Origin: an uncultured Erysipelotrichaceae bacterium
GTDB lineage: Bacteria > Bacillota_I > Bacilli_A > RFN20 > CAG-826
NCBI GenBank assembly: GCA_900315885.1
Contig: ONAT01000005.1
Location: forward strand, 1,068 to 65,067
DNA: 64,000 nucleotides
Reading direction: 5' to 3'
Shown: piece after piece, positions 39,535 to 49,849 of the stretch
Layout: each line of letters opens with the position of its first letter
Numbering within the stretch: position 1 is the stretch's first letter
Notes under the pieces: generated by a model
Told to the model about the DNA's origin: nothing
Seen by the model: only the letters and a program-made list of their open reading frames with translations
The model's database searches: none
Translations under genes and position numbers: made by a program

Positions 39535-40488
39535 TTATATATTTTTAATTGCTTGCTTTATACAATTGACAATTGTATCTTCATTCGCACTGCCATGAGC
39601 TTTTATAACAGCCTTTTTAATACCAAGTATTTGAGCTCCGCCTTGCGAATTGAAATCTATTTCTTTTAAACATTCTTCGTAACTTTCTTTTATGAAAGAA
39701 CTATCAGCGTCACCAGGAATATGTTTATATAATTTGTTTAATATGTTTTTTAAGATGGTTTTTGCTGAACTTTCAATAGTTTTTAGTAATATATTTCCAT
39801 AAAACCCATCAGCGACAACGACATCAACATCGCCATTTAAGACATTCTTTGGTTCAACATTTCCTACAAAATTCAAATCGCTGTTTTTCAGTAAGACAAA
39901 TGCTTCTTTAGTTAAAGCATTGCCTTTTTTATCTTCGCTTCCGATTGATAATAGACCAATTCGAGGATTATCAATTTTAAATGCTTTTTTAACATTTTCG
40001 TTTGCAAGAGTAGCAAATTCTAGAAGATGTTGTGGACGTGAATCAATATTAGCGCCACAATCGGTCAGACAAACAAATGAATTGTTACTTGTTGGTAAAT
40101 ATGATACTAAAGTTGGACGATCAACATTTTCTTCTTTACCAAGAATTATAATAGATCCACAAAGAACAGCACCAGTTGAACCAGCTGAGATTAAGGCACT
40201 TACATCATAATTATTTCTTAAAAATTGCAAAGCTTGAACGAGTGAAGAATTTTCTTTTGTTCTAATAGCTAGAACAGGTGAATCATTGTTTGTTATGACT
40301 TCGGGTGCATTGATGAAACCTAAGCGTGATTTGTCATAGTTTTCATTATGCAAAATGGATTTGATTTCTTTTTCATCGCCACTTGCGTAAATGATAACGT
40401 CATCTATTTCGTTAAGGGCTTTAGCAATTCCTTTGATGACTGCAGTTTTATTGTCGCAGCCGAGGCAATCTACAATTATTTTATTCAT
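39535..40488 (-). CDS. plsX: Phosphate acyltransferase PlsX
   Basis: VDCLGCD, SAGSTGA, DCGAN, FVGNVE, ADGFYGN, KAHGS. Confidence 0.92.
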   Translation of the reverse strand: MNKIIVDCLGCDNKTAVIKGIAKALNEIDDVIIYASGDEKEIKSILHNENYDKSRLGFINAPEVITNNDSPVLAIRTKENSSLVQALQFLRNNYDVSALISAGSTGAVLCGSIIILGKEENVDRPTLVSYLPTSNNSFVCLTDCGANIDSRPQHLLEFATLANENVKKAFKIDNPRIGLLSIGSEDKKGNALTKEAFVLLKNSDLNFVGNVEPKNVLNGDVDVVVADGFYGNILLKTIESSAKTILKNILNKLYKHIPGDADSSFIKESYEECLKEIDFNSQGGAQILGIKKAVIKAHGSANEDTIVNCIKQAIKNI

Positions 40489-40491
40489 ATT

Positions 40492-42153
40492 TTATTCTGC
40501 GATTATTAAATAATCGTATACCTCCTGTCCTCCATTTGTGATATAAACTTCGACGTCTTTATAATTTGTTTCAACAAAATTTTCTAACAATTCTATTTCG
40601 TTTTTGTTAGGATTTGTACCAGTGAAGATAATTAAGAATTCCTTATCATTGTTTTCAAGGAAGTGACTAATTAAGTTTTTTGCTGTTTCAAGCCTTTCTT
40701 TATGGGTTGTAATGATATTTTTATGTACAAAACCAATATAATTTCCTTCGACAATTTCTTTTCCTTTTATTGTTGTGGAACGATTTGCTTTTGAAACCAT
40801 GCCAGAAACATTGTTTTTAACAGCGTTTGTCATATTTTCTTCAATTTCATCAGCGTTTTCTGATTCATAATCTAAACAAGATAAGACACTATAACCTTCA
40901 CCTAAGCTAGAGGATTGAATAACTCTTACATCAGAAGAAGTATATTTTTTCTTTGCTTCGTTTGCAGCCATAAGTATATTGTTGTTATTTGGTAAAACAA
41001 ATATTGTATCAGCATTAACTGCATCAAACGCTTTTATAAATACTTCTACGGATGGATTACGTCCTTGGCCTCCATCTATAACGATATCAGAACCTAATTC
41101 CTTAAATGTATCAATTAAACCTTGACCGTTTGCGACTGCAACAACAGCGAATTTTTTCCTGACTTTGTTTGCTTTAAAAACTTGTTGTGTTTCTTTTTCG
41201 ATTTTTTCGTTATGTTGCAAAGTCATATTTTCAATTTTTAATGTTAAGAATTCGCCATATTTTTGTGCAAATTCAAGTACTTGACCAGGATTCAAAGTGT
41301 GAATATGTATTTTTACAATTGTTCCTGTCTTGACGGCAACGATAGAATTACCAAAAACAGATATTTGTTCTTTAAATTCATCTAATGAAAATTGATTAAC
41401 ATTGATTTTATTTGAAGTAAGTTGAAGTAAGAATTCGGTGCAATAACCAAAATCCATAACACTATTCTCATTAAAAAGTGAGAAATCAATTTGTTTTTGC
41501 GTGAGTGGAGCGTTGTGAGTTTCATTAATTACATCTTCACCCTCAAACGCTTTTAAGAAGCCTTCCATAATATAGAAAATTCCTGCTCCTCCACTATCGA
41601 CAACGCCAGCCTCTTTTAAAACATCAAGTAATTCTGGCGTGTTATCAAGTGATGTTTTAGCTTCAACTAAATAATTAGCCAAATACTCATGAATTGATGA
41701 TGCTGATTGAGTTTTCTTTTGAGCTAACTCATTAGCTTCTCTAATTACAGTTAATATTGTTCCTTCAACAGGAGTAGAGACGGAATTATATGCACTTTTA
41801 ACACCTGCATCATAAGCTTCGATTAATTGTGCATAGTTTGCAGTTTCATATTTAGCAAGCACGGAATTAATACCTGCAAACATTTGAGATAGGATAACTC
41901 CAGAATTTCCTCTAGCACCTAGTAACATGCCATCACTAATTTTTTGAGCAATGGTGTTAAGAGGAGCATCCTCAATATTTGTAATTGCTTTGATGCCTCC
42001 GTACATTGTTGAACACATATTGTCACCAGTATCTCCATCTGGAATAGGAAAAACGTTTAAATCATTAACCTCATCAGCGTGGTTTTTTAAATTGTTATAT
42101 CCAGATATGAGCATTTTTTTATATAAAGCGCCAGTTATTAAGTCTTGTTCCAT
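40492..42153 (-). CDS. DAK2-domain fatty acid kinase subunit (FakA/YloV-like)
   Basis: LNVFPIPDGDTGDNM, GARGNSGVILSQ, VVDSGG, GYCTEF, LPNNNN, GGQ. Confidence 0.93.
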   Translation of the reverse strand: MEQDLITGALYKKMLISGYNNLKNHADEVNDLNVFPIPDGDTGDNMCSTMYGGIKAITNIEDAPLNTIAQKISDGMLLGARGNSGVILSQMFAGINSVLAKYETANYAQLIEAYDAGVKSAYNSVSTPVEGTILTVIREANELAQKKTQSASSIHEYLANYLVEAKTSLDNTPELLDVLKEAGVVDSGGAGIFYIMEGFLKAFEGEDVINETHNAPLTQKQIDFSLFNENSVMDFGYCTEFLLQLTSNKINVNQFSLDEFKEQISVFGNSIVAVKTGTIVKIHIHTLNPGQVLEFAQKYGEFLTLKIENMTLQHNEKIEKETQQVFKANKVRKKFAVVAVANGQGLIDTFKELGSDIVIDGGQGRNPSVEVFIKAFDAVNADTIFVLPNNNNILMAANEAKKKYTSSDVRVIQSSSLGEGYSVLSCLDYESENADEIEENMTNAVKNNVSGMVSKANRSTTIKGKEIVEGNYIGFVHKNIITTHKERLETAKNLISHFLENNDKEFLIIFTGTNPNKNEIELLENFVETNYKDVEVYITNGGQEVYDYLIIAE

Positions 42154-42269
42154 ACTAAAATGCCTCCTATTTTTCTTAGTAGGGTTATTTTCACATGGGG
42201 AAGTTTAAATATTGTTAAAAAAAAGTTAAATTTTGGTTAAAAAAGCTAGGATAATTTTTATCAACTTTA

Positions 42270-42298
42270 TTGACAGCGCTTTCAATAGTTTATATAAT
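42270..42298 (+). promoter_or_regulatory. Consensus sigmaA promoter overlapped by a cre (CcpA) site
   Basis: TTGACA-17-TATAAT; TGACAGCGCTTTCA (42271-42284) fits TGWNANCGNTNWCA. Confidence 0.85.
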
Positions 42299-42308
42299 AT
42301 AAATGAAG

Positions 42309-42330
42309 TTTAGTAAAACGATTTACTAAA
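42309..42330 (+). promoter_or_regulatory. LacI-family operator
   Basis: Palindrome TTTAGTAAAA-CG-ATTTACTAAA with central CG, between -10 and RBS. Confidence 0.85.
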
Positions 42331-42343
42331 TGTGGAGGTTCGT

Positions 42344-44236
42344 ATGGCAAGTGTCAAATTAAATCATATTTATAAAGTTTATGAAAATGGTACTAATGCA
42401 GTATCAGATTTCAATATGGAAATAGAAGATAAAGAGTTTATTGTTTTCGTTGGTCCCTCTGGATGTGGTAAATCAACAACGTTGCGTATGATTGCAGGCC
42501 TAGAAGAGATTACGGCAGGGGACTTATTTATTGATGGTAAACTTGTAAACGAACTTGAACCTAAAGACCGTGATGTTGCGATGGTATTCCAAAATTACGC
42601 TCTTTACCCACATATGACTGTATTTAATAATATGGCATTTGGTTTACATATTGCCAAAGTTCCTAAGGATGAAATTGAAAGAAGAGTTCACGAAGCAGCC
42701 AAAATATTAGATATTGAAGAATATTTAGAGAAGAAGCCTCGTGAAATGTCTGGTGGACAACGTCAAAGAGTGGCTTTAGGACGTGCTATTGTTCGCAATC
42801 CTAAAGTATTCCTTCTTGATGAACCATTAAGTAACCTTGACGCAAAGTTACGTGCAACTATGCGTACAGAGATTTCTAAATTACATAATAAACTTCAAAC
42901 AACTTTTATTTATGTTACTCATGACCAAGTAGAAGCTATGACAATGGGAACAAGAATTGTTGTTATGAAGAAAGGTTATGTCCAGCAAATAGATTCTCCA
43001 AAAAATTTATACATGTATCCAGCAAATAAGTTTGTCGCAGGATTTATTGGAACGCCACAAATGAACTTCTTTAAAGGAAAAATTACTATTGAAAAAGGTA
43101 AAGCTAAAATTTCATTAGAGAATCAAAACATTTATATTTCATTAGATATTGTAGAAAAAATGGACAAAAAATATTTTGATGAGAGAGAAATTGTTGTAGG
43201 TATACGTGCTGAAGATATCCATTATGATTCTAATAATGATAATAATGATTTGATTATAAATGTTGTACCACAAGTTGTAGAAGAATTGGGGGCAGAGACA
43301 CTTATTAATTCCAATTTAGCAAATTCTAATTGCCAAGTTACTTTTAAGGTTAAAAATACAGTTGATGTTGAAACTAATAAGACATTAAAAGTATATGTTG
43401 ACCCTACAAAATTACATTTCTTTGATGTAGAAACAGAAACAACACTTTTACCAAGAGTTCCAGAAAAGAGACATTTCCTCATTAAATATAATAAAGCAAA
43501 ATGCAAATTATTTAATAAGACTATTGAGTTACCTCTAGTGTTTAAAGAAGCAATGGAAGATGGAAAAGAATATTTGTTCACAATACCAACTGTTTCAGTT
43601 AAGTTAGGAAATACTTTTAAAGGTGTAATTAAACGTTGTGAAAAGATTAACAAAAAATATCTTTTACATATTGCATGCAAAGATGATTTAGTATTTTGCT
43701 TAAATGAAGAAGCTTTAGAAGAAGGACAAGAAGTTAGTTTTGATATAGATTTTACCAAAGTTATCGTTAATGAAGATGAAAAAGTAGTGGTAAATGAAAT
43801 TCCTGATTACAATCATATTATTGGAAGATTACATCGTATTAAAGCACTTGTACCAGTTGAAAGAAAAGGTAAGACAATCCAAAAGAAAAAGACTGGATTC
43901 CAATTTGATATTGCCGGAACATATATTGATGTTCCTTATGAAATGTATGACAAAACATTAGCGGTTTTAGTTAAAAAGTTTGAATTACATAAAATCGAAT
44001 ATAGTTTTAAAACTTCTTTAGTGGCATCAAAAGAAGAAGGCATTGAAATTGAATTAAAGAAAGCCATGGAATATGGTAAAGAATTGCATTATGGTGTCTT
44101 TACAATTAAACAAAATCAAGAAGAAATAGTGTTACGTTTACCAGAAGATTACGAAAATGCTGATAAATTATATTTAAAACTCAATTATGAAGATTTAAAA
44201 GCTCGTGATACACACTTTGATATTAGATTAAAATAG
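42344..44236 (+). CDS. Sugar ABC ATPase (MsmX/UgpC-type) with long C-terminal extension
   Basis: [42 protein letters not shown]; about 260 extra C-terminal residues. Confidence 0.92.
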   Translation: MASVKLNHIYKVYENGTNAVSDFNMEIEDKEFIVFVGPSGCGKSTTLRMIAGLEEITAGDLFIDGKLVNELEPKDRDVAMVFQNYALYPHMTVFNNMAFGLHIAKVPKDEIERRVHEAAKILDIEEYLEKKPREMSGGQRQRVALGRAIVRNPKVFLLDEPLSNLDAKLRATMRTEISKLHNKLQTTFIYVTHDQVEAMTMGTRIVVMKKGYVQQIDSPKNLYMYPANKFVAGFIGTPQMNFFKGKITIEKGKAKISLENQNIYISLDIVEKMDKKYFDEREIVVGIRAEDIHYDSNNDNNDLIINVVPQVVEELGAETLINSNLANSNCQVTFKVKNTVDVETNKTLKVYVDPTKLHFFDVETETTLLPRVPEKRHFLIKYNKAKCKLFNKTIELPLVFKEAMEDGKEYLFTIPTVSVKLGNTFKGVIKRCEKINKKYLLHIACKDDLVFCLNEEALEEGQEVSFDIDFTKVIVNEDEKVVVNEIPDYNHIIGRLHRIKALVPVERKGKTIQKKKTGFQFDIAGTYIDVPYEMYDKTLAVLVKKFELHKIEYSFKTSLVASKEEGIEIELKKAMEYGKELHYGVFTIKQNQEEIVLRLPEDYENADKLYLKLNYEDLKARDTHFDIRLK

Positions 44237-44246
44237 AGGGCGCAAT

Positions 44247-45275
44247 ATGAAAACAGTATGTATTAAAGATATAGCAAAGAAATCAGGAGTTTCGATAACC
44301 GCGGTTTCGTTAATATTAAATAACAAAGCGACATCAATTCCTGAAGAAACAATTCAAAGAGTGAAAAAAGTTGCCAGTGAATCAGGTTATAGACCTAACG
44401 CTATTGCATCATCACTCAAAACAAAAAGAACAAAGACTATTGGTTATGTGATGCCAAGTATTGAAAACAGTTTTTTCTCTGAAATTGCTAAAAAAGTTGA
44501 AAAAATTGTAGAACCATCAGGATATAGCATTATTATTTGTAGTTCTGATGATAAGTTTGAAAAAGATTATAACTTAATTCAAATGCTTACATCACGTATG
44601 ATTGATTTTTTACTTTATTGTCCAAGTTCTGAAACTTTAAAAAGTGAAAATCTACATAAAATTATTACATTACTCCACTCAATTGATACACCTTATGTTG
44701 TTGTCGATAGACAAATTAAAGGCGATATCAAATCTAAGGTCGTTTGTGATGACCATCAAGGTGGAATGCTTGCTACGCAACATTTAATTGAGAATGGCCA
44801 TAAAAAAATCGCATGTATCACAGGACCATTAGAAATGTCTAGTGCAAACAACCGTTATTTAGGATATGAAGATTCTTTAAAAGAAAATAATATCCCATTT
44901 GTTAAAGATTACGTTTTTTACGGCAATTTTGACTTTGAATCTGGTTATAAGCAAGCAAAAGAAGCTTTAAAAACAGATGTTACCGCAATGTTTGTGTGCA
45001 ACGATTTAATGGCGTATGGTGCTTTAAAAGCAATCAAAGAATCAGGAAAGAAAGTTCCGCAAGATATTTCTATTGTGGGATACGATGATTTGATGTTTTC
45101 TGAATTACTTGATACTCCATTAACAACAATTCATCAAGATATCGATGCAATCGCTGATTGTATTGGTAAATATATAATCTCTGTTTTAGAAGAGAAGAAC
45201 ACAGAAATTACAATTAAAGCTGTACCTTCTTATCTTGTAAAACGTTCAACAGTTGCAAGAAGGGAGGAAAAATAG
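44247..45275 (+). CDS. LacI/RbsR/PurR family repressor
   Basis: IKDIAKKSGVSITAVS HTH, YRPNAIA, NDLMAYG, VPQDISIVGYDD. Confidence 0.95.
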   Translation: MKTVCIKDIAKKSGVSITAVSLILNNKATSIPEETIQRVKKVASESGYRPNAIASSLKTKRTKTIGYVMPSIENSFFSEIAKKVEKIVEPSGYSIIICSSDDKFEKDYNLIQMLTSRMIDFLLYCPSSETLKSENLHKIITLLHSIDTPYVVVDRQIKGDIKSKVVCDDHQGGMLATQHLIENGHKKIACITGPLEMSSANNRYLGYEDSLKENNIPFVKDYVFYGNFDFESGYKQAKEALKTDVTAMFVCNDLMAYGALKAIKESGKKVPQDISIVGYDDLMFSELLDTPLTTIHQDIDAIADCIGKYIISVLEEKNTEITIKAVPSYLVKRSTVARREEK

Positions 45276-45276
45276 T

Positions 45277-46242
45277 ATGTCAAAAAAGAAAGACGAAACA
45301 ATAGACAATTTAGCTTTTCCTTCTCGTAAAAGTAAAAAGTGGAAGTCGTCTGAAAAACAATTATTCTTGATGGCAATGTTAGGCATCATATACGTTATCG
45401 TATTTGCTTACGCTCCAATGTTTGGTATTGCTTTAGCTTTTAAAGATCCAGACTATCCTTCCATTAATATTTTACAAACTTTACTTTATGCACCTTGGGC
45501 TGGATTTAGAAATTTTGCTGATTTCTTTACTGACCCAGAGTTTGGAAAAGTAATGTGGAATACATTAGGTTTAAATATTCTACAATTACTTATTAACTTC
45601 CCAGCTCCAATTATATTTGCGGTTTTATTAAGTGAAATCCAATCGAAAAAATTTAGAAAATTAATTCAAACAATTACATATTTCCCATATTTCCTATCTT
45701 GGGTAGTATTTGGCGGAATTATCTTAATTTTGATGGAAAATAATGGCGTTATAAACAATGTATTACAAGCACTTCATTTTATTGATGAACCAATTAATTT
45801 CGGTGAGCCTCAATATTTCTGGCCAACAATTATTATTACTTCATTAATAAAAGGATTAGGATGGGGCGCAATTATCTATATCGCCGCTATTGCGGGAATT
45901 GACCCTCAACTATATGAAGCAGCGAGAATGGATGGGGCAAATAGATGGCATCGTATTTGGCATATTACAATTCCAAGTATTGCACCAACAATTGTCTTGT
46001 TCTTTATCTTATCTTTATCGGGAATCTTAAATAATGGCTTTGATCATATTTATACATTCCAAAACGCTATTAACCTAGACCGTTCAGAAGTTTTAGATAC
46101 ATTTATTTATCGTAATGGTATTGTTAACCAACAATATGCTTATACAACCGCGGTCGGCTTATTTAAATCAGTTGTCGCAATTATCCTTCTTGTTGCAGGT
46201 AATAAAATCTGTAAGAAGATAACAGGAAATGGGGTGATTTAA
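45277..46242 (+). CDS. Carbohydrate ABC permease (LplB-type)
   Basis: GWGAIIYIAAIAGIDPQLYEAARMDGA. Confidence 0.93.
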   Translation: MSKKKDETIDNLAFPSRKSKKWKSSEKQLFLMAMLGIIYVIVFAYAPMFGIALAFKDPDYPSINILQTLLYAPWAGFRNFADFFTDPEFGKVMWNTLGLNILQLLINFPAPIIFAVLLSEIQSKKFRKLIQTITYFPYFLSWVVFGGIILILMENNGVINNVLQALHFIDEPINFGEPQYFWPTIIITSLIKGLGWGAIIYIAAIAGIDPQLYEAARMDGANRWHRIWHITIPSIAPTIVLFFILSLSGILNNGFDHIYTFQNAINLDRSEVLDTFIYRNGIVNQQYAYTTAVGLFKSVVAIILLVAGNKICKKITGNGVI

Positions 46243-46243
46243 G

Positions 46244-47158
46244 ATGGTACGATCAATTCACCAAATGAAAATGAAGGGTTCGAATGGCAAAAAAGCTAAA
46301 ACTACTTGGTTTGACGTATTAAACTACATCCTCTTAGGTTTGTTTGCCTTGATATGTCTCTATCCAATGATTTATGTCTTAGCTTGTTCATTAAATACTG
46401 GTACTGATTATATTAAAGGTGGTATTTATTTATGGCCAAGAGAATGGACATTTGAAAACTTCTTGCTAGTCTTAAACGATGATCGTTTGTGGCGTGCATA
46501 TGGTATAACCTTAGCCCGTACAGTTCTTGGAACTATTAGTGCTCTAGTATATACCGCGATTGTTGGATACGCCATGTCCCGTCAAAACTTAAGAGGACGT
46601 AATATCTTTTATAAAATATTCATCTTCACAATGTTTTTCTCGGGCGGAACAGTTCCTTATTACTTAATTATTAGTGCATTAGGACTTTTCGATAATTTCT
46701 TAGTATACATAATTCCAGCGTTATTCTCTGTTTATAACATGCTGGTCTTCTCTAATTTCTTTCGAGGAATTCCAGAAGAAATTCGTGAATCTGCAGTTAT
46801 GGATGGCGCAAGTGAATTTAAGATATTTACTTCAATTATTATGCCGTTATCTACACCAGTTATTTCTACTGTTGCTTTGTGGATTGCGGTTGGGCATTGG
46901 AACTCTTTCTATGACACTATGCTCTATACCTCAGATAATAGACTTTGGACTTTACAATACTATTTAATGAAAGTTATTAAAGAATCATCAATTCCAACAA
47001 ACATTGGTGGTTTACCATCTGATATCTTGCAAACAGTTTCACCAGAAACAGTCTCATTCGCCGCAATTATTATCTCAGTTATTCCAATCTTGATAGTTTA
47101 TCCTTTAATCTTCAAGATGTTGACCAAAGGAGTCGTAGTCGGCTCATTAAAAGGATAG
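46244..47158 (+). CDS. Carbohydrate ABC permease (LplC-type)
   Basis: MFFSGG, IPEEIRESAVMDGA, HWNSF, GSLKG. Confidence 0.93.
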   Translation: MVRSIHQMKMKGSNGKKAKTTWFDVLNYILLGLFALICLYPMIYVLACSLNTGTDYIKGGIYLWPREWTFENFLLVLNDDRLWRAYGITLARTVLGTISALVYTAIVGYAMSRQNLRGRNIFYKIFIFTMFFSGGTVPYYLIISALGLFDNFLVYIIPALFSVYNMLVFSNFFRGIPEEIRESAVMDGASEFKIFTSIIMPLSTPVISTVALWIAVGHWNSFYDTMLYTSDNRLWTLQYYLMKVIKESSIPTNIGGLPSDILQTVSPETVSFAAIIISVIPILIVYPLIFKMLTKGVVVGSLKG

Positions 47159-47170
47159 GAGGAAAGATTT

Positions 47171-48916
47171 ATGAAATCAAAGAAAAAACTATTAGCAGTA
47201 GCCTTTATTTCGTTACTACTATCAGGATGTGGTCCTGCGCCATATCAACCAGGAGAATTCGTGGATGTCAAACTACCTGATTTCCCTGCTACTCCCGATA
47301 ATGGAGAAGACTCTTGGACTTTAGATAACGAAGAATTTGACTTTACGTGGTTTGTTAATGACTCAACATTTACATGGCCAAGTTATGGTAGCGATGAAGT
47401 ATCGCGTATTATCAAAGAAAAGACCGGAGCAAACATCCACTTTATTTCCCCAGTTATTGATGATAATTCGCAATTATCTAATATGATTTCCAATAACAAA
47501 TTACCAGATGTAATTTCTGTTCAATGTTGGTACCAACAATGTTCCCAACTTGCTATGCAAGGTTACCTATATCCATTAAATGACTTAATTGATAAATGGG
47601 CACCATCACTAAATAACAGATTACAAGAAGATGTATTCTCATGGTTCTCACTTGGAAATGATAAGACATATGGATTCCCAAACTTTGCTTATTCAAGTAA
47701 ATATGTTTCAAGCACAGATAAAATGGAACCTAATGGTGCAATATTAGTCCGTGAAGATTGGTATAAAGAAGCTTGTAACGCTATTAAAGGTGATATGACA
47801 AGTCCAGAATCATTTATTGCTGGATGCAATTACATTAGACAAAAATATAGTAAATCTATCCCAATTCAACTTGATGTCTTCGATAGCGAAGGTAATGACT
47901 CAATTAAATGGTTATCACAATACTTCGCAACACCATTTGAAGATGAACAAGGAAATTATGTCTACAATATGACGCATGAAAAATATTATGAAACATTACA
48001 ATTCTTGCGTGAGTGTTATAACGAAAAATTAATTATGGATGATAACTTCTCTGCAAATACTGCTCAAGTAAGAACGAAAATTGCTTCTGGTAATGTGTTT
48101 GTATCCATGGTAACACCACAAGATTATCAACAAGGATTTATTGCAGCATATAATTCAGATGTTAAATATGTCCCTCTTATTTTAAGAAATTATGAAGGTG
48201 ACGATCCAATTTTACAAGACATCCGTGGTATGGGTTACTTATATACAATGGTTACTACAAATGCAAAAAGACCAGACAAAATCATAAAAGTATTAGATTT
48301 CTTATATTCTGAAGAAGGACAAAGATTAGTGGCTTTCGGTAAAGAAGGCGAAACTTGGAATTGGAAAGATGAAAAACATGAAGAAGTTGTTTGGACACAA
48401 GAGTATCTCGATAGTGTTTCAAAAGATGATACAGGTAAATATGGTTTATACCAAATGACTTTGATGATGAACCTTGCTTATATTAATAAGATTAAACCAT
48501 TAAATGGCCGTAAAGATGTTGATGTTTATATTGATAATTTAAAACGACCAGCTTCACCATATAGTTATGATTACACAGCGTCATTCTTAAAAGATGATAC
48601 TTCCGATAAGAGCTATAACGAATTATCTGTTAACGAGACCAAAGGTGTTCAAAGATGGTCGACATCTTACTTAGCCAAAGTTCTCCGTTCTTCCACAAAA
48701 GAACAAGCAAAACAATATTATGATCAAGGTATTGCTTACATGCGTAAAAACTGTATGTTAGACCGCGTTATTGAATTTAACGCTAAGAGTTATCAACGTG
48801 CAAAAGACGCTCTAGGTCTAGAATACGTTTGGCCAAAGAATTTAAGCACTTATATTTCACCTGAGACTGGACCAAATGGAGATTTCTCCTATTGGAGAGG
48901 TGCAACTCATGAATAA
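47171..48916 (+). CDS. Extracellular solute-binding lipoprotein (oligosaccharide type)
   Basis: Lipobox LSGC; IKEKTG, LPDVI, VREDW, FGKEGETW. Confidence 0.9.
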   Translation: MKSKKKLLAVAFISLLLSGCGPAPYQPGEFVDVKLPDFPATPDNGEDSWTLDNEEFDFTWFVNDSTFTWPSYGSDEVSRIIKEKTGANIHFISPVIDDNSQLSNMISNNKLPDVISVQCWYQQCSQLAMQGYLYPLNDLIDKWAPSLNNRLQEDVFSWFSLGNDKTYGFPNFAYSSKYVSSTDKMEPNGAILVREDWYKEACNAIKGDMTSPESFIAGCNYIRQKYSKSIPIQLDVFDSEGNDSIKWLSQYFATPFEDEQGNYVYNMTHEKYYETLQFLRECYNEKLIMDDNFSANTAQVRTKIASGNVFVSMVTPQDYQQGFIAAYNSDVKYVPLILRNYEGDDPILQDIRGMGYLYTMVTTNAKRPDKIIKVLDFLYSEEGQRLVAFGKEGETWNWKDEKHEEVVWTQEYLDSVSKDDTGKYGLYQMTLMMNLAYINKIKPLNGRKDVDVYIDNLKRPASPYSYDYTASFLKDDTSDKSYNELSVNETKGVQRWSTSYLAKVLRSSTKEQAKQYYDQGIAYMRKNCMLDRVIEFNAKSYQRAKDALGLEYVWPKNLSTYISPETGPNGDFSYWRGATHE

Positions 48917-49838
48917 AAAAGAACGAGTTATTTTAGATACTGATATTGGTGATGATATTGATGATGCCTTTGCTTTATATTTGTTGTTACAAGAAAAAAG
49001 AGCGAAACTTCTAGGAGTTACAACAGTATTTCGCAACGCGCGTCAAAGAGCAAAAATGGCTAGTTTCTTAATTTCGACTTTTAAAAAGAAAGTGCCAGTA
49101 TATGCTGGATGTGATGAACCGCTCATTGCCAAAGTAAAAAATCTTATTCCTCCAGAAATTCAAGCTAAGGAGACAAAAGATAAATTTGGTAAATATTATA
49201 TCCCTCAATTTATGGAATTTATGGAAGATGCTCATATTGAAGAAAAACATGCAGTAGATTTCATTATTGAGTCAATTCATAAATATCCTCATGAAGTTAC
49301 AATATTTGGAATTGGACCATTAACCAATATTGCTATGGCAATTCGTAAAGATCCAAGTATTGTTCCACTTATTAAAGAAATAAGGATAATGGGTGGTGAT
49401 CCAACAAATATCAATATAAAAGAATGGAATATCTTCTGTGACCCAGAAGCGGCACACATTGTATTTGATGCCATAGTTCCAATATATGAAGTTGGATTAA
49501 ATGTTACATTGAAATGCCAATTAACCCAAGAGTATCGAGATATTCTTACAAATATTCATGATGATAGATTTATTTTATTAACAAAAATGATGGAAAAGTG
49601 GTTTAAACATTATGAATTTACGATACCAGTTATGCATGACCCGTTAGCGGTTGCCACAATGTTTGGTGATTTCTGTGAATTTGAAAAATTACCATTAACT
49701 GTTGGATTAGAAAATGAAAAAAGAGCATTAACATATTGTGACAAAATAGGAAATGATGTCTATAGTGCCAAAAAAGTTAATGTAGATGCATTCTTTAAAT
49801 ATTTTATAAAAACAATATTTGAAATTGATAAAAATTAA
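48909..49838 (+). CDS. Nucleoside hydrolase (IU-NH family)
   Basis: DTDIGDDIDD, IGPLTNIA, EWNIFCDPEAA, HDP. Confidence 0.93.
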   Translation: MNKKERVILDTDIGDDIDDAFALYLLLQEKRAKLLGVTTVFRNARQRAKMASFLISTFKKKVPVYAGCDEPLIAKVKNLIPPEIQAKETKDKFGKYYIPQFMEFMEDAHIEEKHAVDFIIESIHKYPHEVTIFGIGPLTNIAMAIRKDPSIVPLIKEIRIMGGDPTNINIKEWNIFCDPEAAHIVFDAIVPIYEVGLNVTLKCQLTQEYRDILTNIHDDRFILLTKMMEKWFKHYEFTIPVMHDPLAVATMFGDFCEFEKLPLTVGLENEKRALTYCDKIGNDVYSAKKVNVDAFFKYFIKTIFEIDKN

Positions 49839-49849
49839 ATGGGGGAAAT

